Source: the human T2T-CHM13v2.0 reference genome, Homo sapiens
DNA: 64,000 nucleotides
Strand: one strand, 5' to 3'
Assembly (NCBI RefSeq): GCF_009914755.1
Contig: NC_060927.1
Shown: in pieces, positions 17,481 to 30,584 of the stretch
How the letters are laid out: every line of letters begins with the position of its first letter
Numbering within the stretch: the first letter of the stretch is position 1
The notes under the pieces: generated by a model
Told to the model about the DNA's origin: nothing
What the model saw: the letters and a program-made list of their open reading frames with translations, nothing else
Databases searched by the model: none
Position numbers and translations under genes: made by a program

Positions 17481-17567
17481 TGTCTTGGTACATTTTGTGC
17501 TGCTATAACAAAATATCTGAGGCTGGGTAATTCATAAAGAAAGAAGTATATTGGACTCACAATTCTG
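17481..17567 (-). mobile_element. MST/MLT1A LTR 3'-end fragment
   Basis: TGTGCTGCTATAACAAAATATCTGAGGCTGGGTAATTCATAAAGAAAGAAG. Confidence 0.7.
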
Positions 17568-19500
17568 CTGTGAAGTAGCAGGAAATAAAGGGGCTGAGGT
17601 GAGCTAAAAAATATACAAGGTTGGGAAAGAGGAAGAAAAAATAGCTGTAAACAAATACAGAATAAAATAAAACAACCATGAGAAAATAACTTCTGTGAAT
17701 TTATGGCCACAGAATTAGAACTAATTAAGGTCAAGGTTGCGTTTCCTCAATCAAAGGCCTTCTCAACGGCAGCAAAATCCTCAAATCTAGAAGTATGTTA
17801 CTTGACAGATGTCAATCATAGTCAAGCAGAACTCATTGTGGAACATTCCATGGAAAGAGAAGCGGAAAAATTCTTTTAAATAATTAACTTTCTTTATGGA
17901 TATTATGTTTTCCAGTTGCATAGTACCAAATCCTAATAAGCCCATCCAAATAGGTTGTTTGTCCTAAAACTGTCTCCTGATGTTTGACCTAATAGCAATG
18001 TAAATATTATTTGCATCTGTGCATACAGACTTTCACTCACCTTCATTGCTAGTTACAAAGTATCCTACTCTGGCAAAAAAAAAAAAAAAATTAAAAATTA
18101 AAAAATAATATCAAGTTTAGATTGCAGCTCTAAATGTGTCAGTTTGTATGAAATAGAACTCCAAGGCATCTTGATGAGTCTTCAGTGGGTGCTTGTTGAT
18201 AATCTGCATTGTGCTTGTTAATTTGCCATGTAGGATGTCTTTGAACCCAAGAGTCAAAATTATATTATTATCTATTCTCCAGTTCAATTTTGCAGACACT
18301 GAATTTGGAGTGGCTATAGTGTCTCTAGATATAACTAACTCACTAGCTCCTTGGAAAACTAGTATGGATTTCAGAAAACAATTGGAATTTGGAGATATAA
18401 TTTTGAAATTATCAAAACTTAGTAGATACTAAAAATTAAGAGAGTAAACAATATCCGTTTGGAAGAACATGGATAGAGGTAATATTGAAAATAAAAGAGA
18501 GGCCATCACTGGGGAAAGAAAGTAAGATAGCTGGTTCGGTTTCTGGTCTCAAGGGAGGTTGTATTCATGTCTTCTCATCTCCCAAGTTTTTGGCTCCATA
18601 GAAACTGGAGTCATAGAAGTAGTGGTAGGAGATTGATTTTTCTTTGCTTCATAGAGTTTGGGAGAGTCATACTCCAGTCCCAGGTTTCCAGCAGTAATTC
18701 AGCCTCCAACTCCCTGACTCTCTTGGAGTAATTCTTTTCCTCCTCATTCTGTAAGATATGTGGCTCCAGCCACTTTTGCAGGCTTTCAGTGCTTGTTAAG
18801 TGAAGTTTCAGCCCCACTTACCCACTTTACTTTTTGTTTTGTTTTTAAAAATGTGTGGTCTCCAAAGATGTATGTTTTGCCTTATAAAATGAAAACAGGC
18901 TTTTCTTTGAATACAGACATTAGATTATATATTTTTTGGAACAGCAGAATAGTTCAAAACATGAAAACCTAAAGCAAGCCGTCTTGATCAGAAATCATAG
19001 CCCTTTTAGTATAACATTAGTAGCCCCTCACTGTTAAATGTGTTTTTACCACGAATAAAGGGCTACAAAAATTCCTGCAATTTAGGTACAGAGGGTACTG
19101 AAAAAGAGAGAGAGATATTAACTTACCCAAAATAAATAAATCATGTTACTCATTTACCTGAGATTCAAAGCCAGATATTTTGATCTCTTACCTTTTACTT
19201 ATTTTAACCCACGACACTTGCTTCCAAATATAGCTGGAAAAACAAATAGGCTAAACAATACAGTAAGTCAAATTCTTTCTTCTAAACTCAACTGATGAGA
19301 GCTGCAGAAATTCAGGCTTTTAGCCAAACAAAAGTTCAGCATTCTCAATAGCAACTGTCCACTAAAGCTTGTCTATGCCTATGCGATGGAGTCCCTCGAG
19401 TTGCCATAAACAAAAACGTGATAGAAAGATCCATGTGCACTCCTTGGAGGTGAAAATAAGAAGTGATAGTTCTCCCTCACTCTTTACTAAAAAAATTCTA

Positions 19501-19805
19501 GGCCGGGCATGGTGGCTCACTCCTGTAATCCCAATACTTTGGGAAGCCCAGGTGGGTGGATCACGAGGTCAAGAGTTCAAGACCAGTCTGGCCAAGATGG
19601 TAGAAACCCCATCTCTACTAAAAATACAAAAATTAGCCAGGCATGGCGGCGGATGCCTGTAGTCCCAGCTACTTGGGAGGTTGAGGCAGAGAATTGCTTG
19701 AACCCGGGAGGCAGAAGTTGCACTGAGCCAAGATCACGCCACTGCACTCCAGCCTGGGAAACAGAGCAAGATTCCATCTTAAAATAAAATAAAATAAAAT
19801 AAAGT
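19501..19805 (+). mobile_element. Alu (AluSg-like) with TSD AAAAATTCTA(G)
   Basis: GGATCACGAGGTCAAGAG, GGCCAAGATGG; TSD at 19491-19500 and 19806-19815. Confidence 0.95.
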
Positions 19806-20719
19806 AAAAATTCTAGATTTGCTTTGCATGATAGTGTGAGTGATGGCCATATAGAATACTGAGAAGAAAATACTGTCTCCTTCCAAGACCAAGCACAAGA
19901 GTTTAGAGCTCCTGAAGCCTCCTTCTGTTTATTATTAATTTGTTATATGACCTAGAGCATTTAAATCCTCCATTTAAGTGTTTATCCAAGTCCCTATCTT
20001 AATAAGGGCTTGCCTCAACCAGTCCCTCTATTTTCCTTTTCCTTACTCATTTTGTAATCTTTTTATCTTTCCTTTCATTTGTAAGGAAAGGTAGAGTCTA
20101 ACATTTTTAACCATTTCATTTTCATGCTCTGCTTCACACTCTGCAAGGGGCAATTGATAGCTTTGCAGAACAAACTTTTCTTTTCATGCTCTCTGGGATG
20201 AACATTTGGAAAGTAGAAAGAAATCAGGCAAAAGAGAAAAACACCTGGATTTTTAGCCCGCCTACGTAATAATGAGTTTCTTGCTCTAAAGTAAATGAGT
20301 TAATTGCATCGATAGGAACAATTTAATTTAATTTAATTGGAATGTGAACAGAGAGAAGATGTCTGAAGGCATCAAATCACACCTGGAAAGTAAAAGTCAT
20401 AATCTTTCCCATTAAGTTAAATGAGGAAAAGGCCCATTTTAGAAATGACTTGTGATGCCTTCAGCAATTTGACCCCAATTTTTTTTTCAAAATAGACTGC
20501 AATATAAACTAATATAGTCATCTTCAATATTCTGTATATAGCTGAAAAACTAGATTATATTAAATATATAAATTAGGGTCAATTTTTAAAATGTAAGTTT
20601 ATCCTCTAAATTATTGGCATTTGATATATGAATGATAAAAGAACTTGTATAAAAACATGCATCATCTGCTATCAATCATCATTTGTAAATACTACACACA
20701 AAATGTTTTATATTTATTA

Positions 20720-20895
20720 CATATTGTACTCCCACAAAAAACCCTGGTAAAGTGGGTATTAAAATGTACTATCATATCATTGTTATGGATAAGAAAATAT
20801 GAGTCTGAGAGAACTTAAGCCATTTTCCTTAAATCAATTAAGAGTAAATGCCATAGTTAGAATTAGAATTCAGATTTCCCACGTCCTGGTCCTGA
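20720..20895 (-). mobile_element. MIR
   Basis: ATGGATAAGAAAATATGAGTCTGAGAGAACTTAAG...AGAATTAGAATTCAGAT resembles the antisense MIR core. Confidence 0.55.
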
Positions 20896-21453
20896 TTTTT
20901 TGTTTTTAAACATTACACTAGGCAATCAGGAAAGACATACATGTTTAATATCCACCTTTGTTATTTTATTGTTATTATTAATCCATTCATGATCAACTAA
21001 TGTCAACTTTATTCCAAATATTCACATATTTGTCTTTTTGCTACCTGTGTTCTTTTCCTCTTGGAAGATATATTGCTAACCCATACAGAGTGCCTTCTCC
21101 TAAATTTATGGAAAGGTGAACAACTGACTTACTCTCAAATAGCTAGCAAGTAATCTTCAATTGAAGTGATAATTTTTGTTTACAGTGGTGAGTTTCATTA
21201 GGAGGATATAACTGGATTAGCTTCCTCTTCCAAATCTGATTGACTTCCACTGCGGAGGGAATACTTCATGTAAGTTTAGCATGTCAGCTCCTAATGCTCT
21301 TGAGAATTGTAAATTTAAAGTTTGACTTCATGCAGAGAAACTGAAATCTTCCAAGATCCAAATATAGCATACTTCAAGACTCTTTGTGATTCTAGCCAGT
21401 AATATTAATGTTTTTGTGTTAGACACAGTGTGGTAGACTCTTTCACTTGATAA

Positions 21454-21895
<442 letters not shown>

Positions 21896-21960
21896 TAAGA
21901 GTAAAAATGGACACTGGATCATGTAAAGCAATTCCTTCCGAAATTTGATAATAAAGTGAT

Positions 21961-22103
21961 ACAGCATACACAGAGTTTAAAAGAATGTGCTGTAGAACCA
22001 AATAGCTTGGGTTAGAAACCTGACTTTGCCACTTACCAATGGTGGAACGTCAGGCAGGTTGTATCACATTTGGTCCTCAGTATCCTGATCAGAAAATAAG
22101 GAT
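21961..22103 (+). mobile_element. MIR
   Basis: CTTGGGTTAGAAACCTGACTTTGCCACTTACC...CCTCAGTATCCTGATCAGAAAAT matches the MIR 5' part and core. Confidence 0.7.
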
Positions 22104-22117
22104 CTGCTTTATGGAAT

Positions 22118-22678
22118 GTGTGAGCAAAAGGCTCTCTAATGATCCTTTATGATCTTCACCTCCTGGTGTTAATGCCCTCTGAGTGTGAGCAGGGACTGGG
22201 AATGGTTCTAACGAATAGAATATGGCAAAGGTGATGGGATTTCACTCTGGTGGTAACATGATACTGTGTAAAGGCACAATCTTGCTAGTAGACTCTCTCA
22301 AGATACTTCCTAACAGGGTGTTAAGAGGCAAACAGGCATAGTAGGAAGCTCACAAGTGGCCTCTAGAAGAGAAATTCAGCCTCCAACCAATAGCTAACAT
22401 AAAGCTAGGATCCCCAGTCTAAAACTGCATGGAGATAAATTCTGCCAACAAACTGAGTGTGCATTTTTTTCTCTACTTAAGAATCTTCTCTACTTTAGCC
22501 TTCTGATGAGAATGCAGCCTTTCTGACACCTAAATTAAAGTCTTGTGAGATCTCAAGAAGAGGATTCAGCTAAGTGGTACACAAGTACCTGAACCACCAT
22601 AAATGTGAGATAGTGTTTGTTGTTTTAAACTCCAGACTCTGCAGTCATGGGTAGTGCAGAGGTAGGAAACCAATAGAG
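22118..22678 (+). mobile_element. MLT1E-family MaLR LTR
   Basis: CACCTCCTGGTGTT...AATAGAATATGGCAAAGGTGATGGGAT; AATTCTGCCAACAA; ends GGAAACCAATAGA. Confidence 0.8.
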
Positions 22679-23290
22679 AAAGATGGGAGGATATATATTA
22701 TTTTGTTCAACAAAAAACACACATTATATATGCAAAAAATGTCAGCAATTGTTACACACATATAGTAAAGTTTGCCTTAACTAGTCTCAGGCATCATGCA
22801 CAAATAGGAAATTAATTTTTCAAAATTGTTTATCTTTAAATATTTAACATATTTAATAATATATATTAAATGTTATTTTTAATAATTTAATTTTTGAAAA
22901 CTTGCTAATGTTTTACTGCACACCTGTTCAGAAAGGATGTTACACATTAACAAACATAGCCTGAATCCTCAAAAAATGATTTAATTACAAAACAAGATTT
23001 CAAACATTAAGAAGTAAATTTATACACACACGTGTTCACATCAGTGCGCAGATACACACATATAATGCTCTCATAGGATTAATCCACTTATCATGTGTGT
23101 GCATATATATATATGTATTAGATGTCTTTTTAAAAATTCTTCTTTGCTGCCAGACTTATAACCAATTGGAGAAATTATTCTAAATGGTGCTTATAACTGC
23201 AGCTCCTAACACAGTATGTGGTAGGTAGCAGACACTTTAAAATCATTTCTAAATGGTTTATTTCATAAAAGTATACATTTATATGGTCTA

Positions 23291-24472
23291 TCTAATGTGT
23301 CACATAACAATGCATGTAGCTTCTGAGAAATGCATTATTATGTGATTTTCTCATCCTGTGGACATCATAGATTGTACTCACATGAACATAGATGGTATAG
23401 CCTACTACAAACCTAGGATACATAGTATAACCTATTTCTCCTAGGCTCAAACCTGTACAGCATATTACTATGTTGAATACTGTAGGCAATTACCACACAA
23501 TAAGTATTTGTGTAACTAAACTTATATAAGCATAGAAAAATACAGTAAAAATGATTTTTAAAAATGGTACACCTGTGTAGGACGTTTACCATGAGTGGAG
23601 CTTGTAGGATTGGAGGTTGCTCTAGGTGAGTCAGTGAGTAAGTGGTGAATAAATGTGAAGGCCTAAGATATTTCTATGAATTACTATTGAATTTATAAAC
23701 ACTGTACATTTGTGTTACACTAACCATATAAAAATATATTTTTCTTCAATAATTAAATTTAGCTTACTGTAACTTTTTTAATACATTTTAATGTTTTAAA
23801 CTTTTGACTCTTTCATAGTAACATTTGGCTTAAAACAGAAACACATTGAACAGCTGTACAATAAGACTTTTTCTTTATATATGTATTATACGAGCATTTT
23901 TACTTGTAAATTATTTAGTTTTTTGAACAGTTTTGTTTAAAATCAAAATAGAAACACACACACTGGCCTAGGCCTACACATGGTCAAGATAATCGATATC
24001 AGCATCTTCCACTTTAACATTTGCCCCAGTAGAAGGTCTTTAGGGGCAATAACATGTATGGAGCTGTCATCTCCTATGATAACAATGACTTCTGGAAAAC
24101 CTTCTGAAGGACTTGCCTAAGGATGTTTTACAGTTAACTTTTTTTTTTAATAAGTAGAAGGCATACACTCTAATGATCAAATTATAGCATAGTACATAAA
24201 TCAACCAGTAATGTTGTTTATTATCATTATCAAGTATGTACTATACATAATTGCATATTTTCAACTTTATGCTAGAGTTTTATAGGACTTGCAATGCAGT
24301 AGATTTGTTTATAACAACATCACCATAAACACATGAGTAAAGCTTTATACTATGATGTTACAATGTCTACATCACTAGGTGACAGACAGGTTTCAGATCC
24401 ATAATAACCTTATGAGACCACCATTGTATATGTGACCTATTGTTGACAGAAATGTTACGAGGCACATCACTG
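23291..24472 (-). mobile_element. Tigger3b (Golem) non-autonomous DNA transposon, ~1.2 kb
   Basis: TTCTGAGAAATGCAT...ATAGCCTACTAC..ACCTAGG...AATACTGTAGGCAATT; far end GTTGACAGAAATGTTACGAGGCACATCACTG (TIR). Confidence 0.85.
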
Positions 24473-25576
24473 CATTTAGAGGACACCGATCAAATAACAA
24501 CTGTGATCCAAGACTTACAGTATAAACTGAGGCTGTAAATCATTTCAATACGATTCTAATCTCTAGCAGTTCATTGTCCAGGACTAGAATTAGATGTACA
24601 TAAACAAGCATTTACACCATGCTAAGGGCTAATAGACATAGAAAAGTTTAAGAATGCAAAAATGGATAGGCAATTTTCTGGCTAATGGGACCAAGTAAAA
24701 CTCGGTAGAAATGAAGATTTACATGAAAAGGAGTACACAGGTTGCAAAGTCTAGGAGCAGGGATCATTTGTCTCTTTCCTTCTCAGCACTATAAAGGTTA
24801 GAACTCCCATTAGCAAAGGATCTGACAGTCTACTGCACAGCCCAATAAGTCTGGGTCTGTTGGCTCACTGGCAGTTTTCTTATATATGAGAGAAAAAGAA
24901 AGTTAAAGAGCTATGAACAACAGCTTCATGCCTCCAAATACACAGGTTTTTGACCTGATAATACCGTATGAGCTTTGTCCAGTTTGTTTCAAAAGTCCTT
25001 TTTAATCTTTTAGGGAAGAAATGCAAGTATTAAAGAATGTCTTTCCCTGCTTCTTTAACTTCACTCTACCTTCTCATTATTGTATTACTCTTCTCATTAT
25101 GGTATTACAAAATCATTTTGGGAGGCAGTAAGTTGATATCTTCAGAACACACCACTTCTGTTTTCTGCCACTGTTCCTCTTGATGATAGCTGGCTCTGTT
25201 GCCTTAAGCTGTCCAAGTTCTTATTCTATTTTTCCCACCAAACTCCCACTGAATATTATAAAATCCTGCAACCTATTGTGAATTTTAGTTGGTATGCTAT
25301 CATATATCATTGTGGTTTCAGCTTTTGCACTGATAATGGACTATAAATTCTTCAAACATTCAAGTAGTATGAGGAGCTTGCATCCACCAGCAGGTTGAGG
25401 AAGATATTTGAACAGCAGGGTAATGGGTTCCCTCAGTGATCAGACTGGATGCTTGCAATAAGACTGGGATTTTATAGATTTATCTTTGTATATTTGTTTT
25501 AGTCTATTGTTTTAAATAAAAGTAACAAATTTAATTTCTGACTTTCTAATTCTCTCATTTTATACGTATCCAAATG

Positions 25577-25612
<36 letters not shown>

Positions 25613-25629
25613 TTTTCTCTCTCTCTCTC
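25577..25629. repeat. Interrupted (CT)n microsatellite
   Basis: Direct read. Confidence 0.95.
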
Positions 25630-27061
25630 CAGGCCAAGCCCTCACAGCATTACATTTCTCACTGTCCTTGAAAAGATAGATGGATAACTTATAACTATAA
25701 TTATAGATACTCACTGGTGTAATGAAGAGAATTAGAAAATGTGTACACAATAGCAGTGCAGGAGAGAGGATACATAATTGGCAACTATTAATCTAATAGA
25801 GAGAAAAAGAGAGGGCCAGAATAATTAACACATGCCACACAGAGTGATCATTTCTGATAAGGATGACTGAAAAGACAGCAGCATTACTTAGCTTTCCCCA
25901 CTGGCAAAGAAAGCCAGAGTGAAAACAAAATGAATCTTTGGCCCAGACAGCAGCAATCATGTTTACTGAGCTGTGGTGAAAGTAGCCTCTTTATGAATAC
26001 ATTTGGTAATTCTCCTTTAACCCCTGCCTTTACTACTAAAAATGACATATATTCTTGTCTTTTTTAAAAAATAAAATTTTGTTAGTAGCACATTTAAAAA
26101 AACACTCAGATTATTATATTTAAATCAAACTTTAGCTAGGAAAATATTTGTCCCTGGACATGATTTGAAAAAAATAAGTAGTCATCCATTTAGGAAGCAG
26201 CTCATGTTTATTTGTTCACTCTTTTGGCTTTGTCCTTCTTCTCAAATATATAGCCCATCAAAAAATATCACCACAGTTTAGATAATTGATTTAAATGATC
26301 CATAGACAAGGCATACATTCCTCACCATTAATGGGAAGATTCAATCTATTCACATAGGGTACATACAAGAGCTTGAAGTAATAAACATTTACTTATTCCT
26401 TTGACTTTCTCGCTACATATAGGTATATATTTATATTCTAATAAAATTAAGCCATTGTTGAATTGTGTAAGAAGTAATTTATTATGATAAATATGAGACA
26501 GGCTTGAGAGAGGCATTATTAGAGCCTGTTTAAACTAATTTTTAATAATATCCATGTGACTTGTTAGATGACAAATGGTCAAATGTACCTTTCAAATTCT
26601 ATATCCTTTTAAAAATGTTCTTGAACTATATTAAAATGTCTAATGGCCACCATGGATAGTTTTATTAGTAAGTCCTCATGCTGTCCTTAGGATTTGTTTC
26701 CAAAAACTAGAACATTAAAAACTAGATATATTCATTATGAAATAATTGTTTAATTTTGTTTCTGGAAAGCAATTATTATTCCTTATTTTCTTAAAAAAGA
26801 CGCCACTATTTATTATTATTTTGTGACTGTTTAGTTATATATTATTGTACCATTCAAGCATGCACAATTATTTGGTTTGAAATTTCAATACATTTTTGGC
26901 TCTATATCTAATCCTGAAATATTCTACAAAAGAAATTGAAATATAGCATCCAGCAGCGGGAGACCCTTACTTTTCTGGGTTGAAATATATCTACTTTACT
27001 GATGTTTACACCTGATTTTTAATAATTCTTCACCAATTTGTTCATCTGTTTGTCTTTTCTT

Positions 27062-27173
27062 TTTTTTTTATATTGCTACAATCTTTTTATTAAGGATTTT
27101 TCAGACTGCAGTGAATTAAAGGACCAGAAGTTATTTTACTGAAGATAACAACTCTATTATGTTTTTCTATTCG

Positions 27174-27220
<47 letters not shown>

Positions 27221-27648
27221 AAAGTTTAATATAGGAGGCATTTCTTTTTTTTTTATTATACTTTAAGTTTTAGGGTACATGTGCACAATGTGCAGATTAG
27301 TTACATATGTATACATGTGCCATGTTGGTGTGCTGCACCCAGTGACTCGTCATTTAACATTAGGCATATCTCCTAATGCTATCCCTCCCGCCTGCCCTCA
27401 CCCCACGACAGGCCCCAACCCAAATGTCCAACAATAATAGACTGGATTAAGAAAATGTGGCACATATACACCATGGAATACTATGCAGCCATAAAAAATG
27501 ATGAGTTCATGTCCTTTGTAGGGACATGGATGAAGCTGGAAACCATTATTCTCAGCAAACTACAGCAAGGACAAAAAACCAGACACCGCATGTTCTCACT
27601 CATAGGTGGGAACTGAACAATGAGAACACATGGACACAGGAAGGGGAA
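27062..27648 (-). mobile_element. L1PA3-like insertion with 5' inversion and 3' transduction
   Basis: TSD CATCTGTTTGTCTTTTCTT at 27043-27061 and 27649-27667; T-run 27060-27069; non-L1 27070-27240; second T-run 27245-27254; antisense L1 3' UTR to 27416; sense L1 27417-27652. Confidence 0.93.
27176..27217. repeat. (GT)21 microsatellite within the transduced segment
   Basis: Direct read. Confidence 0.95.
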
Positions 27649-28893
27649 CATCTGTTTGTCTTTTCTTACTTAACTGTTGTATTTTTGTTCCACTGACTTC
27701 AGTAACCCTTTACTCAGATTATTTAGGTTTTTTATCTGTATAAACAGTTGAATATTATGTTTAAATCTGTGCAAGAAAAATAGAATATTTTAAAATGTTT
27801 GCATATTTCATTATGTCATTTTTTCATTAAAAAAATGACTTACTAAATTAAATCTACTTTATCCAGAAAGCCTAGATTTCATTTACCTTCTCCACGTTAA
27901 TCAACCTGAATACTATCCTTCAGATATTCTGCACTATTTGCTGTTTTCCTGCATAAAATCGTTTGACCACAGCTTCCTTTATTTAGCCATCCTGTGGTTA
28001 TCCATGAATATTCTACAATGCCCTCAATGCTTATCTAAACACATGGAGATTTTCCTTCTTTGACCCCAACACAATGTGGCAAATTTTTTTCTTACTGCCC
28101 TAAGGCAGTTTTCTATGTGTTCATTTGGACAATTTAAAACCTTTGTGTTTTGTTGTTTTCTTTATTTGTTCTTCTCCACGTGCTTGATTTTATTCCCTTG
28201 AAAGGAGAATATATATTTATTTTTTTCTTTAGAGATTTGAACAAGCCCTTAACTATATTAATCTTGTTTTTTTATCTGTAAATAAAAGTTAATAATAATT
28301 ATGATTTTTTGGGCATTTTAACAAGCTAGATACTGTAGTAAATATATACATTTTCTCTTTCACTCTTTACAAAAATCCTATGAGATAGTTATAATATTTC
28401 TGTCTTACAATGAAAAGCCTTCCCAAAGTTTTGATTCAGGATTGAACGTCAGATCTTCTGATATCTTCCAAATATCTTGATGGTAACTACTAGATCACAT
28501 ATTCATACCTTTATCACAGATTCTAAATAGAAATATATAGAGATCATTTATATATTAGATAATGATTTTTATATTGCTCAAAAAAGCCAAAAATAACTTA
28601 CACAAATTATCAAATATATATTATATGTAATTAAATATTGGCAGTAAATATCTTTTAAAAGAATTGCACTATAGTTATGGGCCCATTAGAGAACTATGCA
28701 CACATTAGAGGACTGAGGTCATGGTGCACAAATCAGAATCTGGAGAGATAGGCACATTCCAAGAATCACAGCTGAGATTTGCTTATCTGGTGCAGGAACC
28801 ACTAGGGCTGTAAACAGCAGGAAACATATTAATACAATTTGATCAAAGGCTGAATGTTGAGTGTAGACTTGAATGACAGTAAGAAATCTCACG

Positions 28894-29970
28894 GGAATTT
28901 TTGCATGGATGTTCATCAAGGATATTGTCTTGAAGTTTTTCATTTTTAGTTGTATTTCTGCCAGGTTTTGGTATCAGGGTGATGCTGGCCTCATAAAATG
29001 AGTTAGGACGAACTCTTTCCTTTTCAATTTTTGAAATAGTTTCAGTAGAAATGTTACCAGCTCTTTGTACACCTGCTAGAATTCAGCTGTGAATCCATTT
29101 GGTCCTGGGCTTTTTTTGGCTAGTAGACTATTTATTACTGCCTTAATTTCAGAACTCATTACTGGTCTGCTCAGAAATTCAATTTCTTCTTGGTTTAGTC
29201 TTAGGAGGATGTATGTCTCCAGGAATTTATCCATTTCTTCTAGATTTTCTAGTTGATGTGCATAGAGGTGTTTATAATATTCTCTGATGGTTATCTGTAT
29301 TTCTGGGGGATCAGTGGTAATATCCCCCTTATCATTTCTTGTTGTGTTTATTTGAATCCTCTCTTGTCTGTTTTATTAGTCTAGCTAGTGGCCTACCTAT
29401 TTTATTACTTTTTTTTTCCAAAAAAAGCTCCTAGATTTGTTGATCTTTTGAAGGTTTTTTTGTGGCTCTATCTGTTCAGCTCTGATCTTGGTTATTTATT
29501 GTCTTCTGTTTGCTTTGTGGTTTTTTTGCTCTTGGTTCTCTAGTTCTTTCAGTTGTGATGTTAGGTTGGTAACTTGAGTTCTTTTGAGCTTTGTGATGTG
29601 GGCATTTAGTGCTATAAGTTTCCCTCTTAACACTGCCTTAGCTGTGTCCCAGAGACTCTAGAACATTGTATCCTTGTTCTCATTAGTTTCAAAGAACTTC
29701 TTGATTTCTGCCTTAATTTCATTATTTACCCAAAAGTCATTCAGAAGCAGGTTGTTCAATTTCCATGTAATTGTATGGTTTTGAGTGAATTTCTTAGTCT
29801 TGAATTCTAATTTGATTGTGCTGTGGTCTGAGATACTTTTTGTTATGATTTTAGTTCTTTTGCATTTGCTGATGAGGGTTTTCCTTCCAATTATGTGATA
29901 AATTTTAGAGTAAATGCCATGTGGCAATGAGAATAATGTATATTGTGTTTTTTGGGGGGTTGAGAGTTCT
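28894..29970 (-). mobile_element. L1PA (older, ~PA13-like) antisense ORF2 segment
   Basis: Minus-strand peptides [14 protein letters not shown] and [38 protein letters not shown]. Confidence 0.92.
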
Positions 29971-30580
29971 CCCATTTTGGAAGACAGTATGGCGATTCTT
30001 CAAAGACCTAAAGACTGAAATACCGTTAGACTCAGCAATCCCATTACTGGGTATATACCCAAGGAAATATAAGTCTTTCTGTTATAAAGTCACATGCACA
30101 TGTATGTTCATTGCAGCGCTATTCACAATAGCAAAGACGTAGAACCAAACTAAATGCCCATCAATGATAGCCTGGATAAAGAAAATATGGTACATATACA
30201 CCATGGAACACTATGCAGCCATAGAAAGGAATGAGATCATGTCCTTTGCAGGGACATGGATGAAACTGAAGGCAATAATCCTTAGCAAACTGATGTAGGA
30301 ACAGAAACCAAATACCGCATGTTCTCACTTATAAGTGGGAGCTAAATGATGAGAACACATGGACACACAGAGGAGAACAGCACACACTGGGGACTACCAG
30401 AGGGTGGAGGTGGAAATGGAAGGAGGGGCAGGATCAGGAAAAAACAGCTAATGGGTACTGGGCTTAATACCTGACTGATGTACAACAAACTCCCTTAACA
30501 CACATTTACCTATGTAACAAACCTTCACACACTGCACATGTATCCCTGAACTTAAAATAAAAATTTAAAAATAAATAAAT
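29971..30580 (+). mobile_element. L1PA (~PA13-like) sense ORF2 end, 3' UTR and A tail
   Basis: Peptide [25 protein letters not shown]; 3' UTR GGATCAGGAAAAA..CTAATGGGTACTGGGCTTAATACCTG; tail at ~30555-30580. Confidence 0.92.
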
Positions 30581-30584
30581 ATCT

